DNA of 64,000 nt. Origin: an uncultured Fibrobacteraceae bacterium (lineage in GTDB: Bacteria; Krumholzibacteriota; Krumholzibacteriia; LZORAL124-64-63). The notes under the pieces are model-generated. The model saw nothing but the letters and a program-made list of their open reading frames with translations. It did not search any database and was not told the DNA's origin. The position numbers and the translations under genes were made by a program. Location: positions 2,260-66,259 of the forward strand of contig CAYNPY010000008.1 of the NCBI GenBank assembly GCA_964399195.1, written 5' to 3'. Shown in pieces: positions 8,951 to 18,200 of the stretch (position 1 is the first letter of the stretch; every line of letters begins with the position of its first letter).

Positions 8951-9922
8951 ATGCGTCGTTACGTCCTGCTGATCGTCGCGCTGGCCGCCGTGGCCGGGCT
9001 GGTGCCCGCTGCCGCGTTGGCCCTGACCCCCTACAGCCAGAACTTCGAGGGCCTGATCCAGACCAGCCCCACGGCCCTGTCGGCCGACGGCTGGCTCGTC
9101 TACGGCAACGTCTTCAGCCCGACGAACGTCTACCTCTACGGTTACGGCCCCTTCCCCGCGCCCAACGGCAGCGGCGCCTTCTCCGCCATCGACCTGAACC
9201 AGGGCGGCGTGCCGCAGGGCCTGCAGCAGTTGTCGGTCTACAGCGACTACAACAACGTCGACCACGCCGTCGGCAACCTGATCGAGTCGAACGTCTACCG
9301 CGAGCAGACCATCGTCGCCGGCGACGTCGGCAAGACCTGGGTCTTCGCCTTCGACGCCAAGCGCGGCAACCTGGCCGGCGCCTCGACCGCCAAGGCGTTC
9401 ATCAAGACGCTCAACCCGGCCGCCGGCTGGGCCCTGACCAACTTCGTCACCGCCGACATGACGACGATCCCCGAGACGTGGACGAACTACTCCATCTCGC
9501 TGACGATCGACGCCGGCCTGGTGGGCCAGATCTTCCAGATCGGCTTCCTGAACACGGCCACGTTCTACGAGCCGTCGGCCATCTTCTACGACAACGTCGA
9601 CCTGCACGAAGGGACCACCTCCAGCGTGCCGGTGGCGGCGCTGCCGGGCGCCGAGCTGCGCCAGAACTACCCGAACCCGTTCAACCCGTCGACGCGCATC
9701 GACTTCATGCTCGAGAAGGCGGGCAGCGTCGAGCTGTCCGTGTTCGATCTGGCCGGGCGCCGCGTGGCGACGCTGCGGCAGGGCGCGCTCGACGCCGGCG
9801 AGCACCACGTGATCTGGGACGGCCGCGCCGACGGCGGCGCCTCGCTCCCCGCCGGGCAGTACCGCTACGTGCTGCAGACCGCCGACGGCAGCGTCGCGCG
9901 CAGCATGGTGCTGGTGAAGTAG
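8951..9922 (+). CDS. Secreted protein: N-terminal beta-sandwich-like (putative glycan-binding) domain plus FlgD/T9SS-like C-terminal domain
   Basis: Signal peptide MRRYVLLIVALAAVAGLVPAAALA. The ~88-aa CTD starts LRQNYPNPFNPSTRIDF and ends SMVLVK. The N-domain (…AKAFIKTLNP…IFQIGFLN…) resembles the passenger of 21471..22121 (…AKAFIRDFAP…VQWGFEM…). Confidence 0.85.
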   Translation: MRRYVLLIVALAAVAGLVPAAALALTPYSQNFEGLIQTSPTALSADGWLVYGNVFSPTNVYLYGYGPFPAPNGSGAFSAIDLNQGGVPQGLQQLSVYSDYNNVDHAVGNLIESNVYREQTIVAGDVGKTWVFAFDAKRGNLAGASTAKAFIKTLNPAAGWALTNFVTADMTTIPETWTNYSISLTIDAGLVGQIFQIGFLNTATFYEPSAIFYDNVDLHEGTTSSVPVAALPGAELRQNYPNPFNPSTRIDFMLEKAGSVELSVFDLAGRRVATLRQGALDAGEHHVIWDGRADGGASLPAGQYRYVLQTADGSVARSMVLVK

Positions 9923-9935
9923 GAGAGCCGACGCG

Positions 9936-12900
9936 ATGAAGGGCAGGCTGGCGCCGAACCCCGCCACCACGCCGATCGGGGCCCCGAGACAAGGGGCCCC
10001 GGTCGGTGACTTCCTCGTGGACGACGGCGAGGAATGCCACCGCATCGCGGGCTACCACCGGCTGGCGCCGTTCCTGATGACGCTGGCCAGCGACACCGAC
10101 CTGTGGATGTTCATCACCTCCGGCGGCGGGCTGACCGCCGGGCGCGTCGACGCCGACGGCGCGCTCTTTCCCTACCGCACCGTCGACAAGCTGCACGACG
10201 CCCACCACCACGCCGGGCCGATCACGCTGATCCGCGTCGAGCGGCCGGGCACCGAGACGGTCCTCTGGGAACCGTTCGGGCGCGACGGCGACGACGACCC
10301 CGCGGTCGAACGCTTCCTGCTGAAGAACGTGGTCGGCAGCCGCCTGACGTTCGTCGAGACCGACCACGACCTGGGGCTGACCTTCCGCTACTCCTGGGCC
10401 GCCTGCGACGAGTTCGGCTGGGTGCGCACCGCCGCCGTCGAGGAGACGGGCGGCCGGCCGGCGCGACTGGAGATCCTGGACGGCCTGCGCGACGTGCTGC
10501 CGCACGGCGCGCCGCTGGGGCTGTACCAGACCGCTTCCACGCTGGTGGACGCCTACAAGCGCAGCGAGGTGGACGCGGCCACGGGCATGGGCCTGTTCAG
10601 CCTCTCGTCGGGCATCACCGACCGCGCCGAAGCCCTGGAGTCGCTGCGCGCGAACACCGTCTGGTGCTGCGGTCCGCAGGGCTTCCGCGTGCACCTGTCG
10701 GCCGCCGCCGTCAAGGCCTTCCGGCAGGGCCGGCAGCCGGCCGAGGAGGCCGAACTGTGCGGCGCGCGCGGCAACTACCTGGTGAGCTTCGGGCGCGACC
10801 TGCCGGCCGCCGGCCGCTGCGCCTGGCGCCTGGCCGCCGACGCCGGGCGCGACCACGTGCAGGTGGCCGCCCTGCGCGAGCGCCTGCGCCGCACGCCCGA
10901 CGACGCCTCGCCCGCGGGCCTGGCCGCGGTGGTCGACGAGGCGCTGCGCTCCGCGCGCGAGAGCCTGCGGCGCAATGTGGCCAGCGCCGACGGCATCCAG
11001 CTGACGGCGCGCCGCGAGGCGTGGACGCACCACTTCGCCAACGTCCTGTTCAACAACATGCGCGGCGGCGTCTTCTGGCGGAACCACGACGTGCCGGTCG
11101 ACGACCTGGCGCGCTTCCTGCGCCAGCGCCAGCCCGCGGTCGCCGAGCGGCACCAGGGGTGGCTGGCCTCGCTGCCGGCCGCGCCGACCATCGGCGAGAT
11201 CTACGAGGCGGCGAGCCGGACCGGGGATGCGGACCTGAAGCGCCTGTGCTTCGAGTACCTGCCGCTGCACTTCGGGCGCCGGCACGGCGACCCGAGCCGG
11301 CCCTGGAACCGGTTCGCCATCAAGGCCCGAGGCCAGAACGGCGACCGAGAGCTGAACTACGAGGGCAACTGGCGCGACATCTTCCAGAACTGGGAGGCCC
11401 TGGCCGCCTCGTTCCCGGCCTTCCTGCCCGGGCTGGTCGCCAAGTTCGTCAACGCCTCGACAGTCGACGGCTTCAACCCCTACCGCCTGACGCGCGACGG
11501 CGTGGACTGGGAAGTGGCCTCGCCGGACGATCCCTGGGCCAACATCGGCTACTGGGGCGACCACCAGATCATCTATCTGCTGAAGCTGCTCGAGGCGCTG
11601 GACCGCCACCAGCCCGGCGCGCTGGAGTCGCTGCTGGAAGCGGCGGTCTTCAGCTACGCCGAGGTGCCCTACCGCCTGCGCCCCTATGAGCGCATCGTCG
11701 CCGACCCGCGCGACACGATCGTCTTCGACGCAGAGCGACACGAACGCATCGCCGCGCGCGCGCAGGCGATGGGCGCCGACGGCAAGCTGGTGCAGGCGCC
11801 CGCCGGCGGCGTGCGCCACGCGACGCTGGCCGAGAAGCTGCTGGTGCCCACGCTCTCGAAGCTGTCGAACCTGGTGCCGGGCGGCGGCATCTGGATGAAC
11901 ACCCAGCGCCCCGAGTGGAATGACGCCAACAACGCCCTGGTCGGCGGCGGCGTCTCGGTGGTCACGCTGTGCTACCTGCGCCGGCACCTGGCGTTCCTGG
12001 CCGGTCTGTTCGCGCGGGCCGAGGGGACCAGCCCGGCCGTGGCGGTCGAGGTCGCCGACTGGCTGGACGCCGTGCTGGCCGCCCTGGCCGAGACCGCGCC
12101 CGAGGCCGCGGCCGTCGCCGGCGACCCGCGCGCGCGCCGGCGCCTGCTGGACCGCCTGGGCGCCGCTTTCACCGCCTACCGCGAGAAGGTGTACGACCAC
12201 GGCTTCGGCGGCAGCCGCCCGGTGCCGGCCGCGCGCATGGTGCAGCTGTGCGAGGCCGCGCTGCGGCACGTCGACGCGGGCATCGCCGCCAACCGGCGCG
12301 AGGACGGCCTCTACCACGCCTACAACCTGCTGGACCTGGGTGGCGACCTGGCGCAATTGGGCCGCCTGCCCGAGATGCTCGAAGGCCAGGTCGCGGTCCT
12401 CAGCGCGGGCGTGCTGGACGCCGCGGGCAGCCTGGCGGTGCTGGAGCGCCTGTTCGACAGCCCGCTCTACCGCCCCGACCAGCACAGCTTCCTGCTCTAT
12501 CCCGCGCGGCGCCTGCCCGGCTTCCTGGCCCGCAACGTCGTGCCCGAGGCGCCGGCGCTGGCGGTGCCTCTGCTGGCCGATCTGCTGGCGGCCGGCGAAA
12601 CGGCCGTGCTGGCCCGCGACGCGGACGGCGTGCTGCGCTTCCACGGCTCGTTCGGCAACGCGCGCGACCTGTCCGCCGCGCTGGACGCGCTGGCCGCGCA
12701 GGCGCGCTGGCGGGACGCGGTGGCCCGCGACCGGGACGCCGTGCTGGACCTGTTCGAGGCCGTGTTCCGCCACCGGGCTTTCACCGGCCGCTCGGGCGCG
12801 ATGTACGGTTACGAGGGCCTCGGCTGCATCTACTGGCACATGGTGGCCAAGCTGCTGCTGGCGACGCAGGAGGTCATCCTGCGCGCCGAGCGCGACGGCG

Positions 12901-13520
12901 TGCGGCCCGCGCTGCAGGCCGACCTGGCGGCCATGTACTTCCGCATCCGCGGCGGGCTGGGCTTCGCCAAGGACGTCGCCGAATACGGCGCCTTCCCGGC
13001 CGACCCCTATTCGCACACGCCGCTGGACGGAGGCGCCCGCCAGCCGGGCATGACCGGACAGGTCAAGGAGGAGATCCTCACCCGTCTGGGCGAGCTCGGC
13101 GTGCGCGTGGCGGCCGGCCGCGTCGCCTTCCGGCCCCTGCTGCTGCGTGACGACGAGTTCCTGGACCGCGGCGCCGTCCTGCGCGGCTACACGCCGGCCG
13201 GTGAAGACCTCTCGCTGCCGCTGGAGCCGGGCACGCTGGCCTTCACGCACTGCCAGGTGCCGGTGATCTACCGCCGCGTGGACGGGCCGGCGCGCGTGCG
13301 CGTGACCGATTGCGACAACAACGTGACCGAGGCGGGCGGCGACACGCTGGACGCGCGCGACAGCGCCGACCTTCTGGCCCGCGGCGGCCGCCTGCGCCGC
13401 ATCGACGTCGACGTTCCGGCCGCGATGCTGCTGGCCGCCACCACGCGGCCGCGCGGGGCGCGCGCGGCCTCGCCGCCGCCGCCGCCATCCCAGCCGACGC
13501 GATCCGGGCGGCGCCGCTGA
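9936..13520 (+). CDS. Large conserved cytoplasmic protein, possibly an (alpha/alpha)6 glycoside hydrolase/phosphorylase-like enzyme
   Basis: ATG 9936 follows AGGAGA, 14 nt after the previous stop. No signal peptide. RPEWNDANNAL resembles the xDWND catalytic-acid motif I associate with GH94-type phosphorylases. GYWGDHQIIYLLKLLE and YGYEGLGCIYWHM suggest helical-barrel repeats. The functional call is weak. Confidence 0.8.
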   Translation: MKGRLAPNPATTPIGAPRQGAPVGDFLVDDGEECHRIAGYHRLAPFLMTLASDTDLWMFITSGGGLTAGRVDADGALFPYRTVDKLHDAHHHAGPITLIRVERPGTETVLWEPFGRDGDDDPAVERFLLKNVVGSRLTFVETDHDLGLTFRYSWAACDEFGWVRTAAVEETGGRPARLEILDGLRDVLPHGAPLGLYQTASTLVDAYKRSEVDAATGMGLFSLSSGITDRAEALESLRANTVWCCGPQGFRVHLSAAAVKAFRQGRQPAEEAELCGARGNYLVSFGRDLPAAGRCAWRLAADAGRDHVQVAALRERLRRTPDDASPAGLAAVVDEALRSARESLRRNVASADGIQLTARREAWTHHFANVLFNNMRGGVFWRNHDVPVDDLARFLRQRQPAVAERHQGWLASLPAAPTIGEIYEAASRTGDADLKRLCFEYLPLHFGRRHGDPSRPWNRFAIKARGQNGDRELNYEGNWRDIFQNWEALAASFPAFLPGLVAKFVNASTVDGFNPYRLTRDGVDWEVASPDDPWANIGYWGDHQIIYLLKLLEALDRHQPGALESLLEAAVFSYAEVPYRLRPYERIVADPRDTIVFDAERHERIAARAQAMGADGKLVQAPAGGVRHATLAEKLLVPTLSKLSNLVPGGGIWMNTQRPEWNDANNALVGGGVSVVTLCYLRRHLAFLAGLFARAEGTSPAVAVEVADWLDAVLAALAETAPEAAAVAGDPRARRRLLDRLGAAFTAYREKVYDHGFGGSRPVPAARMVQLCEAALRHVDAGIAANRREDGLYHAYNLLDLGGDLAQLGRLPEMLEGQVAVLSAGVLDAAGSLAVLERLFDSPLYRPDQHSFLLYPARRLPGFLARNVVPEAPALAVPLLADLLAAGETAVLARDADGVLRFHGSFGNARDLSAALDALAAQARWRDAVARDRDAVLDLFEAVFRHRAFTGRSGAMYGYEGLGCIYWHMVAKLLLATQEVILRAERDGVRPALQADLAAMYFRIRGGLGFAKDVAEYGAFPADPYSHTPLDGGARQPGMTGQVKEEILTRLGELGVRVAAGRVAFRPLLLRDDEFLDRGAVLRGYTPAGEDLSLPLEPGTLAFTHCQVPVIYRRVDGPARVRVTDCDNNVTEAGGDTLDARDSADLLARGGRLRRIDVDVPAAMLLAATTRPRGARAASPPPPPSQPTRSGRRR

Positions 13521-15148
13521 TGCGCCCGCCGCTGCGCACACCCGGCGCGGCGTCGACGCTGCTGCTGGCGACCGTGATCCTGGCGACTCTGGCCACCGCC
13601 CTGCCCACGGCCGCGCAGTGCATCCTCGCCAACCCCAGCTTCGAATTGCTGGGCTCCGGCGGCGCCACGTTCGGCGGCTGGAACCAGTTCGGGCGCGTCG
13701 GCTCGACCACCATCGCCGACCACGGCGGCCGCGCGGCCCGCCTGCTGGGACCCAACCTGGGCGGCTGGGACGTGTCGGGCGTCTGGCAGGCGCGCACCTG
13801 CGCGCCGGGGCAGTCGTGGGCCATCACCGGGCACGTGCGGCACCCCTCCTGGAAGCCGCTCAGCGGCGACTGCGCGGCCATCGTCAACGTCGAGTGGCGC
13901 GACGCCGGCGACAACCTCATCAGCTACGAGTCCTTCGCGGTCGCCGGCCCCGCCTCCCCGACGGACCAGTGGCTCGCCTTCGCGCTGACCAGCCCCGGCG
14001 CGCCGGCCGGCGCGGCCACCGCCCGCCTGGTGCTGGGCCTGCTGCAGGCGCCCGGCGCGCCGGAGCCGGAGGCCTGGTTCGACCAGGTCACCTTCGACAG
14101 CGCCACGCCGCCCACGCTCGACCAACTGCAGTGGAACGACTTCCCCGGCGGCACCACCCTGCAGTTCAGCGGTCGCACCTGGCGCGTGAAGGGCCCCGGC
14201 TGGTACGGCCCGGGCGACAACTACTTCAGCAACCTCAGCGACCGCGTCTGGGTCGACGCCGGCGGCAATCTGCACCTGACGGTCAAGCGCTACGGCAGCA
14301 CCTGGAACTGCACCGAGGTGGTGACCCAGGAGGCGCTCGGGTACGGCGATTACATCGTGACGACCGTCGGGCGCCTGGATCTGCTGGACCCGCAGGTCGT
14401 GCTGGGCCTGTTCCTCTGGGAGTACGGCCCCTGCTGGAGCGACGGCTACCTGTGGTGGAACCCGTACAACGAGGTCGACATCGAATACAGCCGCTGGGGC
14501 AACCCGGCGCAGGACATCGGGCAGTTCGTGGCGCAGCCGTACGACTACCCGGGCAACCTCTCGCGCTTCGCCGCCGTGTTCGGCGTCGGCGAACAGGTCA
14601 GCCACGCCATGCGCTGGTCGCGCAACAAGGTCGAGTACCGCGTCTGGCGCGGCGGCCCCGCCGACGAGTCGCCCGGCACGCTGATCGCCACCTGGACCTA
14701 CAGCGGCCCGCACGTGCCGCGCCCCGAGTCGCCGCGCCTGCACCTGAACCTGTGGAAGCTGGGCGGCACGCCGGCCGCGAACCAGGAAGTGGTCATCAGC
14801 GGCTTCCGCTTCTATCCCCTGGGCGCGGTTGCCGCCGCCGAGGACCCCGCGCGTCCGCTGCCCGCCGCCCCGCCCGCCCGCCTGCTGGGCGTGGCGCCCA
14901 ACCCGTTCAACCCGCGCGTCACGGTGCGCTTCAGCACTGCGCACCCGCTGGAGGCGCGGCTCGAGATCTACGATCTGGCCGGGAGGCTGGTGCGCGCGCT
15001 GGCAGCCGGCGCCTTCGCCGCCGGCGAGCACGCCGCCGTGTGGGACGGGCGCGACGACGCCGGGCGCGACGCTCCGTCGGGCGTATACCTGGTGCAGCTG
15101 CGCGGGAACGGGTTCGCGGAGACTGTGGAAGCGACGCTGGTCAGATAG
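13520..15148 (+). CDS. Secreted CBM-like + GH16-like (ConA-like glucanase) protein with FlgD/T9SS-like C-terminal domain
   Basis: ATG 13520 overlaps the upstream stop (TGATG). Signal peptide ends ...ALPTAAQ. N-terminal ANPSFELLG...WFDQVTF resembles a CenC-type CBM. EVDIEY fits GH16 ExDxE. The CTD starts LLGVAPNPFNPRVTVRF and ends VEATLVR. Confidence 0.8.
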   Translation: MRPPLRTPGAASTLLLATVILATLATALPTAAQCILANPSFELLGSGGATFGGWNQFGRVGSTTIADHGGRAARLLGPNLGGWDVSGVWQARTCAPGQSWAITGHVRHPSWKPLSGDCAAIVNVEWRDAGDNLISYESFAVAGPASPTDQWLAFALTSPGAPAGAATARLVLGLLQAPGAPEPEAWFDQVTFDSATPPTLDQLQWNDFPGGTTLQFSGRTWRVKGPGWYGPGDNYFSNLSDRVWVDAGGNLHLTVKRYGSTWNCTEVVTQEALGYGDYIVTTVGRLDLLDPQVVLGLFLWEYGPCWSDGYLWWNPYNEVDIEYSRWGNPAQDIGQFVAQPYDYPGNLSRFAAVFGVGEQVSHAMRWSRNKVEYRVWRGGPADESPGTLIATWTYSGPHVPRPESPRLHLNLWKLGGTPAANQEVVISGFRFYPLGAVAAAEDPARPLPAAPPARLLGVAPNPFNPRVTVRFSTAHPLEARLEIYDLAGRLVRALAAGAFAAGEHAAVWDGRDDAGRDAPSGVYLVQLRGNGFAETVEATLVR

Positions 15149-15278
15149 ATCGCCTCCCGCGTGCCTCCGCTGCGCGCTTCCGCTATTGCCCCGCCGCCTT
15201 CTCCTCCGTAGTCTCAACAATCCCACCACGCATCGCGCCGACAGCCCTGATGACGAGCGCTGCCGCAAGACCGGGGGC

Positions 15279-18200
15279 ATGGTCATGAAGCGGACCTCGA
15301 TCTCGTTCCTCTGCCTGCAGATCCTTCTGGCCGCCGCCGGCGGCACGTGCCGCGCCGGCGCCTCGGGCGAGCCGCCCGCGCCATGGCGTGAGCCGGCGGA
15401 GCTGATCGCGTCGGGACGATTCGCGGCCGCCGACACGCTGGTGCAGCGGATCCTCGCGCAGGCGATCGAGGCGAACGACATCGACAACTGGACGCGCGCG
15501 CTGATCGAGCGGCGCACCCTGGGCACCGTGCTGGGGGCGCCAGAGACGGCGATCCGCCGGCTGCGCGCGACGCCATGGCCGGACGACGACCTGTCGCGGG
15601 CCGTGCTGGAACTGCACTACGCACAGAGCCTGGTCGAGTACCTGCGCCTTCACGCTTACGAGCTGCGGTCGCGCCAGCGCGTCGTGGCAAGCGATTCGCT
15701 GGTGCTCGAGACCTGGGATCACGCCCGCCTCGTGCGCGAGATCGACCGGGCGCTGCTGCGGGTCTGGCAGCGCCGCGAGGCGTTGGGCCGCCTCGCCCCG
15801 GAGGCCTGGCACGGATACATCGAGGCCAACACCTACCCCGACGGGATCCGTAGCACGTTGCGGGACGTCGTCACCTACCGCTGGGCCAGGCAACTTTCCG
15901 ACACCTCGCTCTGGTCGCCGGAGGCGTCCGAGGAGGCGCGCCGACTGGACCTGGAGGAATTGCTGGCTCTGGCGCGTGCCGACACCGCCGGCATCGCCGC
16001 GGCCATGGCCGACACCACGACGCATCCGCTGCGGCGACTCGGCCTGCTGCTGGCCGACCTGCGCGCCTGGCACACGGCCGGCGGCCGCGCCGGCGGCGCG
16101 CTGGAAGCGGAGTTGGCGTATCTGCGCAGCCTGCGGACGGCGGTGGACCGGCCCGCCATCCGGCGCCGGATGCGGGAGCATCTGGAGGGCATCCTGGCGA
16201 ACGTCGACCCGACCGAACCGTGGTGGTCGCAGGGCCAGGCGCAGCTCGCGGAATTCCTGGTCCGCGAAGAGCGACCCGACGGCCACCTCCTGGCCCGCGC
16301 CGCCTGCGCCCGTGGCGCCGCGCGCCATCCCGAGAGCATCGGCGGTCGCTTCTGCGCCTCGCTGCTCGAGCAGATCGAGCACCCCGAATGGCGTCTCGAG
16401 GCCATGGGCGCCGACGCCCCCGGGCGGCGCACCATTGCGATCATCCACCGCAACCTGCCGCGCCTGTACTTCCGGGCCTGGCGCCACGATCCCGGTGAGG
16501 ACTGGCCGCAGTCGACGCCGTGGCTCAATCCGAAGGACCTCGACAGGCACATCGACAGGCACGCGCCGGACCTGGCCTGGGAAGTGGCGCTGCCGCCGAC
16601 GCCCGACTACCGCGACCATCGGTCCTGGACCGGGCTGCCACCCTGTGCGCCCGGAACGTACGCGGTGGTCGCCTCGACGGGCCCCGGCTTCAAGGGCGGC
16701 AGCGACCGGATGATCGTCCAGGAGATTCTGGTGAGCAATCTGGTCGTGACGGCGCTGCCGTTGGAAGGCGGGCTGGACGTTCTCGTGCGTGACGCCGACA
16801 GCGGCCTGCCCGTCGAAGGGGCGACCGTCATGGCGGCCGGCAGCGGCGCGGCGGCGGCCGACGGCCAGCGCCTCACCGCCCTCACGGGGGCGGATGGGAG
16901 CGCGCGGCTCGGCGGAGAGATCGAGGGCGGCCTGCAGCTGCGCGTGTCCCACGAGGGACACCTGGCCCGCCTGTACCACGTCTGGCGGCCAGGCGCGTTG
17001 ACGGCGACGCCGAGCCTGCGGTCATTCGTCTACACCGACCGCGCCGCCTATCGGCCCGGCCAGACCGTGCACTGGAAGGTCGTGACCTACGCCACCGCGG
17101 AGCGGCTCATGGGCATGCACGCTGCGTCCGGCGAGCCGGTCACGGTCCGGCTGCGCGACGCCAACGGGGAAGTGGTCGCCGTGGCGAGGGACACGACCAA
17201 CGACTTCGGCTCGGCCTCGGGCTCGTTCGCGCTGCCGAAGGACAGGCTGCTCGGGCAGTGGTTCATCGCCGCCGAACCTCAGGGCGGCGCCCACATCCGG
17301 GTCGAGGAATACAAGCGCCCGACCTTCGACGTCACGCTGCCGGATCCGGCAGCCGCGCCGCAGCCGGGACGGCCCGCGCGACTGGAGGGCCTCGCCCGCT
17401 ACCTGCACGGACAGCCGGTGTCCGGCGGGCGCGTGCAATGGAGCCTGCGCCGCAATACGCAGGTGTGGCGGGGCTGGGACGGGCACGCGGCCGGCGGAGG
17501 CGCCGTGTTCGCGTCCGGCTCCGGTATCACCGGCGAAGACGGCTCCTTTGCCGCGGAGTTTGTGCCCGGGGAGATGCCCGCAGCCGACGACGGCCAGGCG
17601 CGCCTCGACAGCTACCACCTCCATGTCGACGTGACCGATCCCGGCGGCGAGACCCGCGGTGCCGATCTGCACTTCCGGATCGGCGCGGTCGAGCGCCTGG
17701 CTGCTTTCGAACCGCACGGCGCCCTGCTGGCCGCCGGGTGCGCCGACACGTTCACGGTCGCCTTGACCGATCTCAACCGCGTGCCGCGCGCAGGTGACGG
17801 ACGTTGGCGGCTCATGTCCCTGGTGGCGCCGGGCGCCGCGCGCCTGCCGGGGGATCTGCCCGGAAGCGGGTTGCTGCGGCCGGACGCCTTCTGCGTCACC
17901 GAGGGCGACACGCTGGCGCCGCGCTGGGATGCGGCGCCGCCCTGGCTAACCGCGGTGGGGACCTGGGCCGAGGGCGACACACTCGCCGCCGGCGCGGCGG
18001 TGCATGGCGACGATGGCCTGGCACGGATCGTCCTTCGTCCGGTGGTCAGCGGCGCCTGCCGACTGATCTACGATACGGCGGACGAGCAGGGCCGCCCCGT
18101 GAGCGCGAGCCGCCAGGTGTACGTCGCCGCGAGCGCGGGAGCCGCCGGAGAGCCGTCCGCCCTGCCGCTGCTGCTGGAATCCTCTGCCGAACAGGCGGCA

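Noticed and set aside
15279-15370. Lipoprotein signal for the alpha-2-macroglobulin (…LLAAAGGTC…).
   Set aside because: G-G-T-C does not fit the L-[AS]-[GA]-C lipobox well. Only a generic signal peptide is claimed.
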